Origin: Myxococcota bacterium
GTDB taxonomy: Bacteria; Myxococcota_A; Polyangia; Polyangiales; Houyiibacteriaceae
Direction: 5' to 3'
DNA: 64,000 nt
Assembly: GCA_020629955.1 (NCBI GenBank)
Contig: JAHDCI010000001.1
Coordinates: 11,646-75,645 of the forward strand
Both the position numbers and the translations under genes were made by a program. This document shows, piece after piece, positions 43,055 through 53,418 of this stretch (position 1 is the stretch's first letter; the number at the start of each line of letters is the position of its first letter). The notes below the pieces were generated by a model, which saw nothing but the letters and a program-made list of their open reading frames with translations, was not told the origin of the DNA and made no database searches.

Positions 43055-44299
43055 ATGATGCCTAGCCCCTCCTATCGTCGCATTCTCGCGATCGCCCGTA
43101 TTTCTACGGTCATCGCCATCGGGATGATGAACGGGATCGCGCTGGCCCAAGAGACGGTCGCCCTCTCCGAAGACCACGTCGCCCGCGCAGCGCTTCTTCG
43201 CTTTCGTGAGCAGAGCGCGAGACGAAGGGCGCGGGTCGGCGCGGGGCCGGAAGCCGCGGGCGTTCGAGCGAACCCTGAACTCAGCTTCGAAAGACAGCAG
43301 GCGTTCGCTCCGAATCCACAAACCCAAGACCTGCTCGCGCTGGATATCCCCTTTGAGATCTCCGGCCGGGTTGACGCGGAGAGGGCACTTGCGGAGGCGG
43401 AGGTCGCGCGGAATGAACTCGAACTCCACCAAGCGCGGCTTCGATTTCTGTTCACGAACCTCTCGGATTTCTACCGAGTCATCGCAGCACGCGAGCGGAC
43501 ACGACTTCGTCACGAACATCTTGAAGCCCTTGAGAGTGTACTCCAGGTGATTGAAGCGCGCGTCGCCGCAGGAGACGCGGCATCTCTCGATCAACGGCGC
43601 ACTCGAGTCGAACGTGAGCTCTTGCTGAGCGAAATCGCGGAAGAGCGCGCAAACGCCGCGGCCCGCGAGCTCTCTCTAAAGGCTCGGCTCTCGCTCGAAG
43701 GTCAGCTCGTCGGAGAGCTTCGTAGCCGCGCCCCCGGGGCGATCTCCGAACTTCTCCGCGCCGCCGAAGCGAACCGGCACGATGTTCACGCGATGGACCT
43801 GAGAAACGACTATCTCGAACATGCTGCGCACGCCGCAGAGCGAGCGTTCATCCCGCCGATCAGTCTTCGGGTTGGCTACTTTCGACCTGGTCCACCGGCC
43901 GCCCATGGCTTGAGTATTGGCGCATCGGTCGAGCTACCCTTCTTCGATCGAGGGCAGACCTGGCGGGCCGAGGCGCGCGCGAGTCGCGAATCACTTGGGG
44001 GCGAGCGTGATGCCTATCTCGCGGACATTCGAGGAGAGATCCTCGCGGCGCGGCAGCAGGTCCTCGCGCTTCGGGAAGAGCTTGAAAGATTTGAGGGCAT
44101 CACGGAGAGCGAATCCCTGCTGGAGGCCACGCTAAGCGCGTATGCGGAGGGTGAGCGCTCGGTCTTCGAGGTGCTCGATGTTCATCGATTGTTGCTCGAG
44201 ACAAAGGAGCGGATGCTGCATCTTCAGTTTCGGGCGAGCATCCAGGACCTACGGCTTCGGATCGCGCTCGGAATGTTCGACGAGGCGAGGGACCGATGA
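43055..44299 (+). CDS. czcC: TolC/CzcC-family outer-membrane efflux protein
   Basis: It has a signal peptide (RISTVIAIGMMNGIALAQE), two OEP-type helical repeats, and a stop that overlaps the adaptor gene's start (ATGA). Confidence 0.8.
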   Translation: MMPSPSYRRILAIARISTVIAIGMMNGIALAQETVALSEDHVARAALLRFREQSARRRARVGAGPEAAGVRANPELSFERQQAFAPNPQTQDLLALDIPFEISGRVDAERALAEAEVARNELELHQARLRFLFTNLSDFYRVIAARERTRLRHEHLEALESVLQVIEARVAAGDAASLDQRRTRVERELLLSEIAEERANAAARELSLKARLSLEGQLVGELRSRAPGAISELLRAAEANRHDVHAMDLRNDYLEHAAHAAERAFIPPISLRVGYFRPGPPAAHGLSIGASVELPFFDRGQTWRAEARASRESLGGERDAYLADIRGEILAARQQVLALREELERFEGITESESLLEATLSAYAEGERSVFEVLDVHRLLLETKERMLHLQFRASIQDLRLRIALGMFDEARDR

Positions 44300-45864
44300 G
44301 CGCACGACGAATCTCGGCGTTCGCGATGACGATCGCAATATGGGGGTCGGCCTGCGGAGGGGAAAGCGAGGGGGCCCACGGGCACGGGCACTCCCACGGG
44401 GAGCCTCACTCTCACGCAGAAGGACACTCTCATGAAGAAGCGCACGCGCATGATGAGGAGTCGAGGCACCTGACCGCTTGGTCGAGCGAACTTGAACTCT
44501 TCGCGGAGATTCACGAAGAGAACGACCGGCTGTCGATTCACGCACATCTCACCGACCTCGATACGTTCAGCCCGGTGGAGGGGGAAGTTCAATGCTTCTC
44601 GGGAGAGACCCCGTGCCAAGCGAGCACGGTCGCGCCTGGAATCTACGCGATCGATTTGCCCACGCCTTCCACCGGTCAGCTTGAGTTTGCGCTGGTCTCG
44701 CGGGAGCGGCGCGTCGAGGGCAGAACCAATATCCTCGCGGAGGAGGAGCATGACCACGCGGGAATCGAACTCACCAAAGAGCAGCAATGGACGGTCGATT
44801 TCCGAAGTGCCGAAGCGACAACAGCTAGGCTGCGCGAAACGGTCGAAGTCACCGGGGACCTCACCACGCCGCCGAGCGGTCAGGCGCACGTTCACGCTCC
44901 GATCGCAGGAAGACTCAGCGGCTCCGCCGATACGTTTCCGCAACCTGGGACACGCGTTCGAGAGGGAGAGTTGCTCACCACCCTCGCGCCAACGCCAGGC
45001 GCCCCAGAAGACGCCGTCCGAGCAGACCTCGCAGTCGTGGATGCACAATCGAGCCTTGAAAACGCGCGTGCGGAGCGGGAACGCTCCGTTCGTTTGGTCG
45101 GGGAGGGAGCCATTCCAGAGCGTCGTCTCGCCGAGGCAGAACGGGGCGTACGGGTCGCGGAAGCGTCGCTCGCGGCAGCCCGCAGAGCTCGCTCCCTTTA
45201 CGCCGCCGCGCGCAGTAGCCGCGGGCGCGGAAGTTGGCGAATTACCGCCCCGATCGAGGGTCTGATCGACGAGGTTCTCGCGAGTCCGGGAATGAGCGTG
45301 GACGCCAACGAGGAACTGTTCCGGATCGTGAACCCAGACAGGCTCTGGGTGCACCTTCATGTCCCCGAGGCGTGGGCGCCACGTTTGCGGGCAAGCGCCA
45401 ACGCCGAATTTCAACTGATCGGAGATACGCGGTGGCTTCCGCTTCGGGTGACGCCTTCTGAAGGTCAAGAGATCAGCGCGACGCTCATCAATGTCGGTCG
45501 TTCCGTCGATGAGCGGACGCGGACAGTGTCGGTGTTTTTCGAGTTAGAGGGTGCGATCGCCGAAGAAGAATCACTGCGCGTCGGCGCATCGCTTCGCGCG
45601 CGGCTTCCCGTTGGCGAAGAGGCCAGCGGCATTCGCCTCCCCGCCTCAGCAGTCTTGGATGCCGAAGGACGAGATATCGTGATCGTGCAGCGGGAAGGCG
45701 AGCTCTTTGAGGAGCGCAGCGTCCGGGTTGCGCTTCGCAGCGGGTCCGAAGTGTTAATTACTCGAGGCCTCCGCGCGGGCGAACGGGTCGTGACACAAGG
45801 CGCAGTCTTCGTGCGTCTCGCGAGCCGCCGAAACGAAAACATCGGCCACGGTCATGTTCATTAG
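44296..45864 (+). CDS. czcB: RND efflux periplasmic adaptor (CzcB/CusB-like) with a His-rich N-terminus
   Basis: It has a lipoprotein-like start (IAIWGSAC GG), then HGHGHSHGEPHSHAEGHSHEEAHAHDEE. The body shows the HlyD/barrel-sandwich adaptor pattern (APIAGRLSG..., ITAPIEGLIDEV). Confidence 0.85.
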   Translation: MSARRISAFAMTIAIWGSACGGESEGAHGHGHSHGEPHSHAEGHSHEEAHAHDEESRHLTAWSSELELFAEIHEENDRLSIHAHLTDLDTFSPVEGEVQCFSGETPCQASTVAPGIYAIDLPTPSTGQLEFALVSRERRVEGRTNILAEEEHDHAGIELTKEQQWTVDFRSAEATTARLRETVEVTGDLTTPPSGQAHVHAPIAGRLSGSADTFPQPGTRVREGELLTTLAPTPGAPEDAVRADLAVVDAQSSLENARAERERSVRLVGEGAIPERRLAEAERGVRVAEASLAAARRARSLYAAARSSRGRGSWRITAPIEGLIDEVLASPGMSVDANEELFRIVNPDRLWVHLHVPEAWAPRLRASANAEFQLIGDTRWLPLRVTPSEGQEISATLINVGRSVDERTRTVSVFFELEGAIAEEESLRVGASLRARLPVGEEASGIRLPASAVLDAEGRDIVIVQREGELFEERSVRVALRSGSEVLITRGLRAGERVVTQGAVFVRLASRRNENIGHGHVH

Positions 45865-45989
45865 CGGCTTCACAATCTGTCCGGGGGTGGCTGGGAGCGA
45901 TCCGTTGATTCGCCCCGAACTTCGCTTCGCGGCACTGCGCTTCGTGGCGCTGCGCCCTTCCAAGCGCTGTGGCGAAGAATGAGTGAACG

Positions 45990-48900
45990 ATGATCGAGGC
46001 ACTCCTTCGAGCGTCGCTTCAAAATCGCGGACTCGTGCTGATCTGCGCCGTCGCTCTTTCGTTCTTCGCGCTCTCAAGTGCGAGCGAGCTCCCCCGCGAT
46101 GTGATCCCCGACGTTAACGCGCCATCCGTCACTGTTCTCACCGAAGCGCGAGGACTCGCACCAGAGGAGGTCGAGCAGCTCGTCACCTACCCACTTGAGA
46201 CCACCCTCCAAGGCTCGACTGGTCTGCGCCGTATGCGGTCGGCGAGTTCAGCCGGGCTCTCCATTCTCTGGCTGGATTTCGATTGGGAAACCACCGGTCC
46301 ACTCGCTCGACAGCGAATCACCGAGCGACTTCGAACGGTCGAACTGCCCCCGGGCGTCGACTCCCCATACCTCACTCCGCCTTCGTCGATCATGGCGGAG
46401 ATCGCATTTGTGGCGATGGTTCGAGAGGATCGCGAGACAGAAATCTCGGACGTTGAGATGCGACGCGTCGCGGAGGTCGTTGTTCGGCGCAGACTTTTGA
46501 CCATCGAGGGAGTGTCGGAAGTGACTGTCATCGGCGGACACCGTCGCGAAGTACAGATCATCCTCGATCCCGCGCGACTCGCGGCCTACGGACTCTCCCA
46601 ATCCGATGTGGGCGACGCCGTGGAACGAGGAACCGGCAACGCTGCGGGTGGATACCTCGTCGATCGTGGTATCGAGTCGGTCGTTCGCGTCCTTGGGCGT
46701 GCACAGAACGCAGAGGATATCGCGCAGATCGCCGTCGGCGGCTCCGCTCAAACTCCCGTCCGAGTGCGAGATATCGCCGATGTTCGCATCGGCCCTGCCG
46801 TACGACGCGGGGTCGGAGGATATGGGGGCGAGGACGCCATCGTCTTTGGCATCATGAAACAACCTGGCGCCGACACGATTGGGGTCACGCGCGAACTCGA
46901 TCGAGCGATCGACTCGCTCGCAACGAGCCTGCATGAACGCGGCCTTCAAATCGAGCGGGAGAGCTTCCGTCAGTCACACTTCATCGAACGTGCGACGGAT
47001 CACCTTCTTGCGGTGCTTCGTGACGCGGTGATGATCGTCGCGCTCGCCCTCCTCTTCTTCCTTTGGAGCCCGCGCGCGACCCTCGTTAGCATCGTCGCTC
47101 TTCCGACCTCTCTACTGCTCGCGATCCTCGTGCTCCGCTGGTTTGATCTTCGGCTCGATACGATGACCTTGGGAGGCCTTGCTATCGCCGTCGGCGAGCT
47201 CGTCGATGACGCGATTGTCGATGTTGAAAATGTGTCGCGTCGGCTCCGAGAGCGGCGAAATCTCCCGGAAGAGAAGCGAACCAGCATCGTTCAAACCGTT
47301 CTCGCGGCATCGCTCGAAGTTCGCGCCGCATTGATTTCTGCAACCTTGGTGATCAGCCTCGTCTTCCTTCCACTCTTCGCGCTTCAGGGCTTCGAAGGAC
47401 GTCTTCTTCAACCGCTCGCGATTGCCTATCTTGCGGCGATCGGCTCGTCACTCTTCGTTGCGGTGACGCTAACCCCGGTTCTCGCATCACTCCTGCTCTC
47501 GGAGGAAAAGGAACGGGAATCACCGGTGGAGAGGAGACTCGTAGGCCTTTATCAACCGCTCCTTCAACGCGCGCTGGAACATCGCTCGGCGATGGTTGCG
47601 CTGCCCATCGTCTGCGTTCTTTTTGGAGGATTCGCGCTGGCGAACTCGAACCGTGAGTTCCTGCCTTCGATGAACGAAGGAAGTCTCTTGGTCGGACTCG
47701 TTGGTGAACCCGGCACATCCCTCGAGGACGCAAATGTGGTCGGGAGACAGGCCGAGCAAGCGATCTTGCGCGCCGAAGGCGTACTCTCGGTAACGCGAAG
47801 AACGGGACGTGCAGATTACGACGAGCACGTACTCGGACCTGAGAGCACGGAGATCGAGATCGGCTTTTCGCACGACGACCGCCGCACGACCGAAGAACGG
47901 ATTCACGCCGTCCGAGATGAGTTGGCGCCTCTGCCCGTGAGCGCCTCCTTTGGCCAACCCATCGGCCACCGGATCGATCACACCCTTCACGGGCACCCCA
48001 CCGCATTGGCCGTACGCGTCATCGGAGAAGACCTCGGTCTCGCACGTCGCGTGGCGCAGGATGCGCTCGAACGGATCGAAGCGGTTACGGGAGTCGTCGA
48101 CGCCCAGGTCGAGCCGATCGTCGATGTACCCCAGCTCTTTATCGACGTGGATGGGCTTGCCGCGGCTCGGTACGGATTCTCGCGCGGTGAAGCTGCGAGA
48201 GCCATCGGCGCCGCACTTTGGGGCCGGGATGTCGCGCGCATCTACGAAGACGGAGTGACGACTCCGGTCATCGTTCGTTTTCCCGATTCACTGCGCGAAG
48301 ATCGAAACGTGCTTCGATCTGCACTGATCCCCACGCCAAGCGGCGGGAACGTTCCGATCGAGGCGATCGCAAATCTTCGAGACGAACGAGCGCCGAACTA
48401 CATTATGCGAGAGAACGCAGCGCGCCGCGTCTCTCTCACAGCCAACATCGCGGGTCGCGATCCGGAACAAACCGCCAACGAAACCTGCGAAGCCATTGCT
48501 GAAATGGAGGCTCCGGCGGGGATTCGGCTCGAATGCACCGGGAGGTTTGAGAGCGAGAGAAGAGCTTCGCAACGCCTTTTCCTTTTCGCAGGCTTTGCCC
48601 TTCTCGGGATCTTCTTTGTGATCCTCGGTGCGCTCCGAGATACCCGCCGAGCGTTCGTTGTGATGGCAAATCTTCCTCTGGCACTCGCCGGCGGCGTGGT
48701 GGGCGTACAGTTTAGCGGCGCCCTCTCCCTTGCGACATCCATCGGCTTCATCACCCTCTTCGGCATCGCGACGCGAAACGGTCTGTTGCTGGCGACGCGG
48801 GTGCGAGACCTGGAAGAGAAAGGTGTTGTCGGAAAGAGCGCCATCGTACAGGGCGCATCCGAGCGCCTTCTTCCGATTTTGATCACGTCGACGACCGCTG

Positions 48901-49103
48901 CTCTCGGATTGCTTCCGCTCGCCCTTTCGCTGGGCGCACCTGGCGCGGAGATTCAAGCGCCGATGGCCTGGGTCATTCTTACGGGTCTGGGCACCTCGAC
49001 GGTGCTGAATATGTTTGTCGTCCCCTCCCTTCTGCAGGAACCCGAGAAGGGACTTCCCCTTCGAGATTCCCAGCCGACGATTCGCCCGCCCGCTACCGAG
49101 TAG
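45990..49103 (+). CDS. czcA: CzcA/CusA-family heavy-metal efflux RND transporter
   Basis: It is 1037 aa with 12-TM RND topology. The N-terminus MIEALLRASLQNRGLVLICAVAL...PDVNAPSVTVLTEARGLAPEEVEQLVTYPLE and the VDDAIVDVEN motif are characteristic of the HME-RND family. Confidence 0.95.
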   Translation: MIEALLRASLQNRGLVLICAVALSFFALSSASELPRDVIPDVNAPSVTVLTEARGLAPEEVEQLVTYPLETTLQGSTGLRRMRSASSAGLSILWLDFDWETTGPLARQRITERLRTVELPPGVDSPYLTPPSSIMAEIAFVAMVREDRETEISDVEMRRVAEVVVRRRLLTIEGVSEVTVIGGHRREVQIILDPARLAAYGLSQSDVGDAVERGTGNAAGGYLVDRGIESVVRVLGRAQNAEDIAQIAVGGSAQTPVRVRDIADVRIGPAVRRGVGGYGGEDAIVFGIMKQPGADTIGVTRELDRAIDSLATSLHERGLQIERESFRQSHFIERATDHLLAVLRDAVMIVALALLFFLWSPRATLVSIVALPTSLLLAILVLRWFDLRLDTMTLGGLAIAVGELVDDAIVDVENVSRRLRERRNLPEEKRTSIVQTVLAASLEVRAALISATLVISLVFLPLFALQGFEGRLLQPLAIAYLAAIGSSLFVAVTLTPVLASLLLSEEKERESPVERRLVGLYQPLLQRALEHRSAMVALPIVCVLFGGFALANSNREFLPSMNEGSLLVGLVGEPGTSLEDANVVGRQAEQAILRAEGVLSVTRRTGRADYDEHVLGPESTEIEIGFSHDDRRTTEERIHAVRDELAPLPVSASFGQPIGHRIDHTLHGHPTALAVRVIGEDLGLARRVAQDALERIEAVTGVVDAQVEPIVDVPQLFIDVDGLAAARYGFSRGEAARAIGAALWGRDVARIYEDGVTTPVIVRFPDSLREDRNVLRSALIPTPSGGNVPIEAIANLRDERAPNYIMRENAARRVSLTANIAGRDPEQTANETCEAIAEMEAPAGIRLECTGRFESERRASQRLFLFAGFALLGIFFVILGALRDTRRAFVVMANLPLALAGGVVGVQFSGALSLATSIGFITLFGIATRNGLLLATRVRDLEEKGVVGKSAIVQGASERLLPILITSTTAALGLLPLALSLGAPGAEIQAPMAWVILTGLGTSTVLNMFVVPSLLQEPEKGLPLRDSQPTIRPPATE

Positions 49104-49167
49104 GCGGCCGAATCTTGGAGTCCGAAGCATTGGACGAGGGCATGAAGCAAGCGGCGCTACTTCCGCG

Positions 49168-49965
49168 ATGAACGCCCTTTTCGATTCGATCCCCGCACTT
49201 GTTCGCGCCGCTCTTGTCGTTCGAAGGATTTGGCCCCACCATGAGAGTATGTTCGGAACGCTCGCTGCTGGATTTGGAACCGCAGGGGCGCTCGTGTTCG
49301 CAGCACATCGACGGAAGCAAAAGGCGCCTCGATCCAGTGTGACCCCCGATACACCGCGAACGAAGATCGAAGATCTTCGCGAAGGTCGCCATCAGATTGT
49401 CGGCACCGTTCGAAGCGTGAAACCAACTCCCTCGCTGGTAGACGACCTCCCGTGCGCCTTCGTGGAGCGGGTCGAGTATCGCTCGTACGGCGGCAGCATC
49501 CGGAAGGAAGAAGAACACGTAGCCATTGCGCCCCCGTGTCTACTCTCCGATGGAACCGGCGAGGTTTGGGTCGATCTTTCCCGCGCGGAGATCGAAGGAT
49601 CGACCGTCAGCAGCGCGGGCGGAGCAATCGTTGAGTATCGCGTCCGCGAAGGCGAAGAGGTCGTCGTCCAGGCAGACTTTGAGCGCACAGAGAGAGAATC
49701 CCTCGAAGGACTCGAGGCCGATCCGTACCGGAGCGCGGAGCGTGTTTGGAACGCATCGACTCGCTCTTCGACCCCGAGTGTTTCCGTGCGCACGGTCGAC
49801 ATCGAATACCGGCGCCCTGACGATATCCGGCTCTTTCTGCTTGGAGCGGCAGGGTTGATCACTGCGGCGACGCTTTTTCTTGCGGGGTTGGAACTGGCAA
49901 TGAACGCGCAGCCGGCTTCTCTACCCTCTGCACAAACATTCATCCATAGCGCCCCGCTCGAGTAA
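49168..49965 (+). CDS. Membrane protein with a GIDE-like (E3-ligase-like) domain pattern
   Basis: It has N- and C-terminal TM helices. The central KIEDLREGRHQIVGTVRSVKPTPSLVDDLPCAFVERVEY resembles the bacterial GIDE domain layout. The call is tentative. Confidence 0.45.
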   Translation: MNALFDSIPALVRAALVVRRIWPHHESMFGTLAAGFGTAGALVFAAHRRKQKAPRSSVTPDTPRTKIEDLREGRHQIVGTVRSVKPTPSLVDDLPCAFVERVEYRSYGGSIRKEEEHVAIAPPCLLSDGTGEVWVDLSRAEIEGSTVSSAGGAIVEYRVREGEEVVVQADFERTERESLEGLEADPYRSAERVWNASTRSSTPSVSVRTVDIEYRRPDDIRLFLLGAAGLITAATLFLAGLELAMNAQPASLPSAQTFIHSAPLE

Positions 49966-49978
49966 CGAGCGAACTCAA

Positions 49979-50629
49979 TCAGCCGCGGCGGACGAAGCGC
50001 GCGAGCAGCGTACGAACACTGCCATCCGCGAACTCGATCTCGAGCTTCTCGCCATCGAACTCGCGGAGGATTTTCCCGCTGCCAAATTTAGGATGTTCGA
50101 CCCGTTCTTGTTCGGCGGCCGCCGTGAGCGCAGGAACGAACGTTTCGACATCTTCGTCATTCACCTTCGCGATAAGCCGGGCGCGGTCTTCGCCTTCCTC
50201 GTGACGCAGCGCTTCCTTTTCGAGCGAAATTAGCTCATCGAGCCACTCGAGGAGTGGCAACTCCCGAACGCCCGAGTTGCCGACATCCCAAATGCAAAGG
50301 CGCCCGCCGAGGGGAGCGATCGCAATGACGCCACCGCTCTTGTCCTCTTTGCCGATGGCGATCAATCCCCGAGGGCCACGCTGGGCACGAAGGCTCTCCG
50401 CGTGGGTCTCCAGAAAACCGAGGGCGATCTCATGTCGCGCGAGCGCCGGATCACCATTGGCCATCAATGCGAGAATGGGATCGCTGAGCTCTCGGCCGAT
50501 CGTACGTTCTACCCGCTCGACATCGTCTGCGCAGACCTCCGCCGGGGTCGGGGTGCCGGTGATCACTCGAAGGTGAAGTAGCCTTCGCTTGAGGCTAGAT
50601 TCGATCTGGAGTGGGCCGGCGGTGCGCAT
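49979..50629 (-). CDS. Hypothetical protein, SMI1/KNR4 (SUKH)-like N-terminal part plus a DUF3553/Tudor-like C-terminus
   Basis: The pattern VERVERTIGRELSDPILALMANGD...LIAIGKED.SGGVIAI suggests SUKH-1. The C-terminal HPKFGSGKILREFDGEKLEIEFADGSVRTL resembles the HPxFGxGxV motif. The call is tentative. Confidence 0.4.
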   Translation of the reverse strand: MRTAGPLQIESSLKRRLLHLRVITGTPTPAEVCADDVERVERTIGRELSDPILALMANGDPALARHEIALGFLETHAESLRAQRGPRGLIAIGKEDKSGGVIAIAPLGGRLCIWDVGNSGVRELPLLEWLDELISLEKEALRHEEGEDRARLIAKVNDEDVETFVPALTAAAEQERVEHPKFGSGKILREFDGEKLEIEFADGSVRTLLARFVRRG

Positions 50630-50850
50630 CGCGAGGGAGCATACAGGTCTCTGATGAATAAATCACCTGCCAGCACACACACGCGAGCTTTTCTTTCGGA
50701 CGGCGGTTTACGAGAAGCTGGCGATGACGAGTGTGGTGCTTTTGGGGATGTCCATGCCGCCGGAAAGCCGCCTCAAAAGCACGTTTCGAAGGCGATATCC
50801 GCCGGCTTGCAGCCACCCGAAGCGGTGGCCCTAAGCGGGCGCGGCGTGGC

Positions 50851-52200
50851 TCAGTCGAGCAGCCTCGCCTGACGGAGCGTCTCCCGAATCGATGGTCGCT
50901 TTCCGGTCAGAAGAAGGCCCACCCGAAAGAGACGCGCGCCAAAGCGAATCGAGAGCCAGGTCGCCAAAGAAAGCATCGCGAGACTTCCCGAGACCGAGTA
51001 CCAGCGAAGCCCTTCAGGCTCCACCGAGGCGCGCACGATCACCGTTAGCGGCGCGCTGAAGGGGACCCACGTCAAAAACTCTGCGATCGGGCCATGCGGC
51101 TCCTCGAGCAGAATCAACATGCTCATGAGTGGCAGAACAGCCAGCATGGCCCAGCCCAGAGTCAGCTTTTGACTCTCAGGTACGCTGCCTCCGAGCGAGC
51201 CGGTCGAGATCATGAGACTTCCGAAGAAGAGATAGCCCATCACGAAGAACACCGGCGAGATCGCCATCGCTTCCCATGGCACGACAACATCGAGCTCGGT
51301 CAAAAGCGCAACCAAACCGGTCCCGGTTCCGATGACCATGGCGCCCCATATCGCGAACTGCAGGATTCCCGCAGCTCCAAGCCCAAAGAGCTTTCCCGTC
51401 AAAAGCTCGTCCGGGTCGACCGAGGAGAGGAGCACCTCAACGACTTTGCTCTCCTTATCGTTGGCGACGGTCTGCACGAGGTATCCGGAGCTACTCAGCA
51501 GCGCGGTCAACAGCATGACCCCAAGCAGAAAGGGAATACCGATTCGTGAGACCAGCTCCGCAAAACCGCCTTCCGAATCCCTCACTCCCTCACTCGTCGT
51601 CACCGACCGGATGGGCTCCATAGGCGTCAACACCCGTTCCGAATACGGGGAAGCGAGGCGTTGATCGACGAGGGCTCTTCGGAGGAGGCCGGAAAAGACA
51701 GGCTCCACGGTCTCACTTTGCACGGTGACGACCGACGCGTGTTCCTGGCTAAAAATCTCGACCTCACCGGTCTCGAGGTAATTCTCACGAAGGTGAAAGG
51801 TGGCCAGCAGTGATCCCGCCCGCATCGCGTCAAGTGCCACGCCAAGGTCTTCGCTCTGGAACAAGACGAAGACACTCTGATCGATCTCGGCATAGTGGAG
51901 CATTCCTTCGGGGGCCTCCGAAAGATCCGATGTTGCGAACACGGCATCTGGGCTCAGCGCTTCCCGACCGGTCCATGCATCATCAAATTCACGCAAAGGC
52001 CCAGCGCTATCAACGACGCCATAACACGCGACCCGGGAGAGCCGAGACTCCAGAAAAGCTCCTTGAAGAATCAAGAGCGTGAGCATGAGCCCCCCAAGAA
52101 AGATGGGTAGTCCAAAGGTGGCGATTACATACCCCCAGCGGAAAACCACTTGGCGGAACTCGAAGCGCGCGATGGTGAGTACGCGAGAACCCCGAATCAT
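50851..52200 (-). CDS. ABC-2-type transporter permease (NatB-like)
   Basis: An N-terminal TM helix is followed by a large extracytoplasmic loop and 5 C-terminal TM helices. It is translationally coupled (ATGA) to the upstream ATPase gene. Confidence 0.75.
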   Translation of the reverse strand: MIRGSRVLTIARFEFRQVVFRWGYVIATFGLPIFLGGLMLTLLILQGAFLESRLSRVACYGVVDSAGPLREFDDAWTGREALSPDAVFATSDLSEAPEGMLHYAEIDQSVFVLFQSEDLGVALDAMRAGSLLATFHLRENYLETGEVEIFSQEHASVVTVQSETVEPVFSGLLRRALVDQRLASPYSERVLTPMEPIRSVTTSEGVRDSEGGFAELVSRIGIPFLLGVMLLTALLSSSGYLVQTVANDKESKVVEVLLSSVDPDELLTGKLFGLGAAGILQFAIWGAMVIGTGTGLVALLTELDVVVPWEAMAISPVFFVMGYLFFGSLMISTGSLGGSVPESQKLTLGWAMLAVLPLMSMLILLEEPHGPIAEFLTWVPFSAPLTVIVRASVEPEGLRWYSVSGSLAMLSLATWLSIRFGARLFRVGLLLTGKRPSIRETLRQARLLD

Positions 52201-53114
52201 GACTTCGACTCCCGCACCGCTCGAATAAAGATCTCTTCCATCGTGGGAAAGACCTCCTCGAAGTGCTGGACTCGAATATTGCCGGCAATGAGCCTTGCGA
52301 GCACCTCGTTCAAATCGAGCGTATCTTCAACGCGAAGCTCTACAAAGCCTTGCCGAACCTCAAACGCGATGAGCCCCTCGACCAACGCCTGCGCGTCTTC
52401 GTGTGAGAGCGCCGGGGCGGCTTTGATCCTCACCGTTCGCTGACCATGGACACGTCGAACCTCGTCAATCGTGCCGTAGAGGACACGTTGACCGTCGCTG
52501 ATGAGCGCGATTCGATCGCAGAGCGCCTCAACCTGATTCATCATATGAGTGCTCAAGATCGTGGTACGTCCACGCTCGCGCCGCTCGAGGATAATCGATT
52601 TCACGTCGTCCATATTCACCGGATCGAGGCCGCTGAAGGGCTCGTCGAGAATACAGAGCGCCGGGTCACTGATGAGCGCGGATGCCACCTGCACTTTCTG
52701 GCTCATCCCTTTGCTCAACGCCTCCACATTCTCCTTCTCAACGTGCGGCAAGCCGATCCGCTGCAACCAAACCCTCGCTTCGCGAGTTGCATCGCGCCGG
52801 CTCATCCCGGTGAGCTGGCCGAAGTATCGGAGGGCGTCGAGAACCTTGGTCTTCTTGTAGAGTCCGCGTTCTTCCGGGAGATAGGTAACGCGATCAAGCG
52901 ACTCTCGGCTGAGGGGTGCCCCAAAAATCTCCACCTCGCCGGAATCCGGTCGGAGGATATCGAGCCCGATTCGGAGAAGAGACGTCTTGCCGGCGCCGTT
53001 CGGCCCCAGAAGTCCAAAGACTTCCCCTTCGGCGACATCGAGCGAGACTCCTCGAAGCGCTACTTTATCGCCATAGCTTTTGGTGATGCCTTCGAAGCGG
53101 AGTGCGGCACTCAT
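52197..53114 (-). CDS. ABC transporter ATP-binding protein (NatA-like)
   Basis: It has Walker A GPNGAGKTS, the signature LSKGMSQK, Walker B ILDEPFSGLD, and the H-loop STH. Confidence 0.92.
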   Translation of the reverse strand: MSAALRFEGITKSYGDKVALRGVSLDVAEGEVFGLLGPNGAGKTSLLRIGLDILRPDSGEVEIFGAPLSRESLDRVTYLPEERGLYKKTKVLDALRYFGQLTGMSRRDATREARVWLQRIGLPHVEKENVEALSKGMSQKVQVASALISDPALCILDEPFSGLDPVNMDDVKSIILERRERGRTTILSTHMMNQVEALCDRIALISDGQRVLYGTIDEVRRVHGQRTVRIKAAPALSHEDAQALVEGLIAFEVRQGFVELRVEDTLDLNEVLARLIAGNIRVQHFEEVFPTMEEIFIRAVRESKS

Positions 53115-53358
53115 ATTCGCTTCGTGGCCTTCCCGAACGAAGTGCCATGCTCACACAACGAAATCTTCACTCGGAACTGGCAAGACACCTCTGAGAAATA
53201 CCATAAAAACGGGAAGCCAGAGAAGCCCGCCCAACACGCTGGAATCGCCCCCAAAAACGAACGCAGTTCACTTTCACTCTCAACAGAACGAGGGAGATTA
53301 GGCAACGAACACAGGACCTTGAGAGGCGTCTGGCTCGGGTGAAAATACTGAAAATGCA

Positions 53359-53387
53359 TTGACACGAACATTTAAAGTCGCTAGTGT
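53359..53387 (+). promoter_or_regulatory. Candidate sigma70-type promoter for tRNA-Pro
   Basis: The arrangement is TTGACA (53359-53364), 17 nt, then TAGTGT (53382-53387). It lies about 30 nt upstream of the tRNA 5' end. Confidence 0.4.
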
Positions 53388-53418
53388 TCGCATCTCGAAG
53401 ACGAAGAAAGGCTTCATA

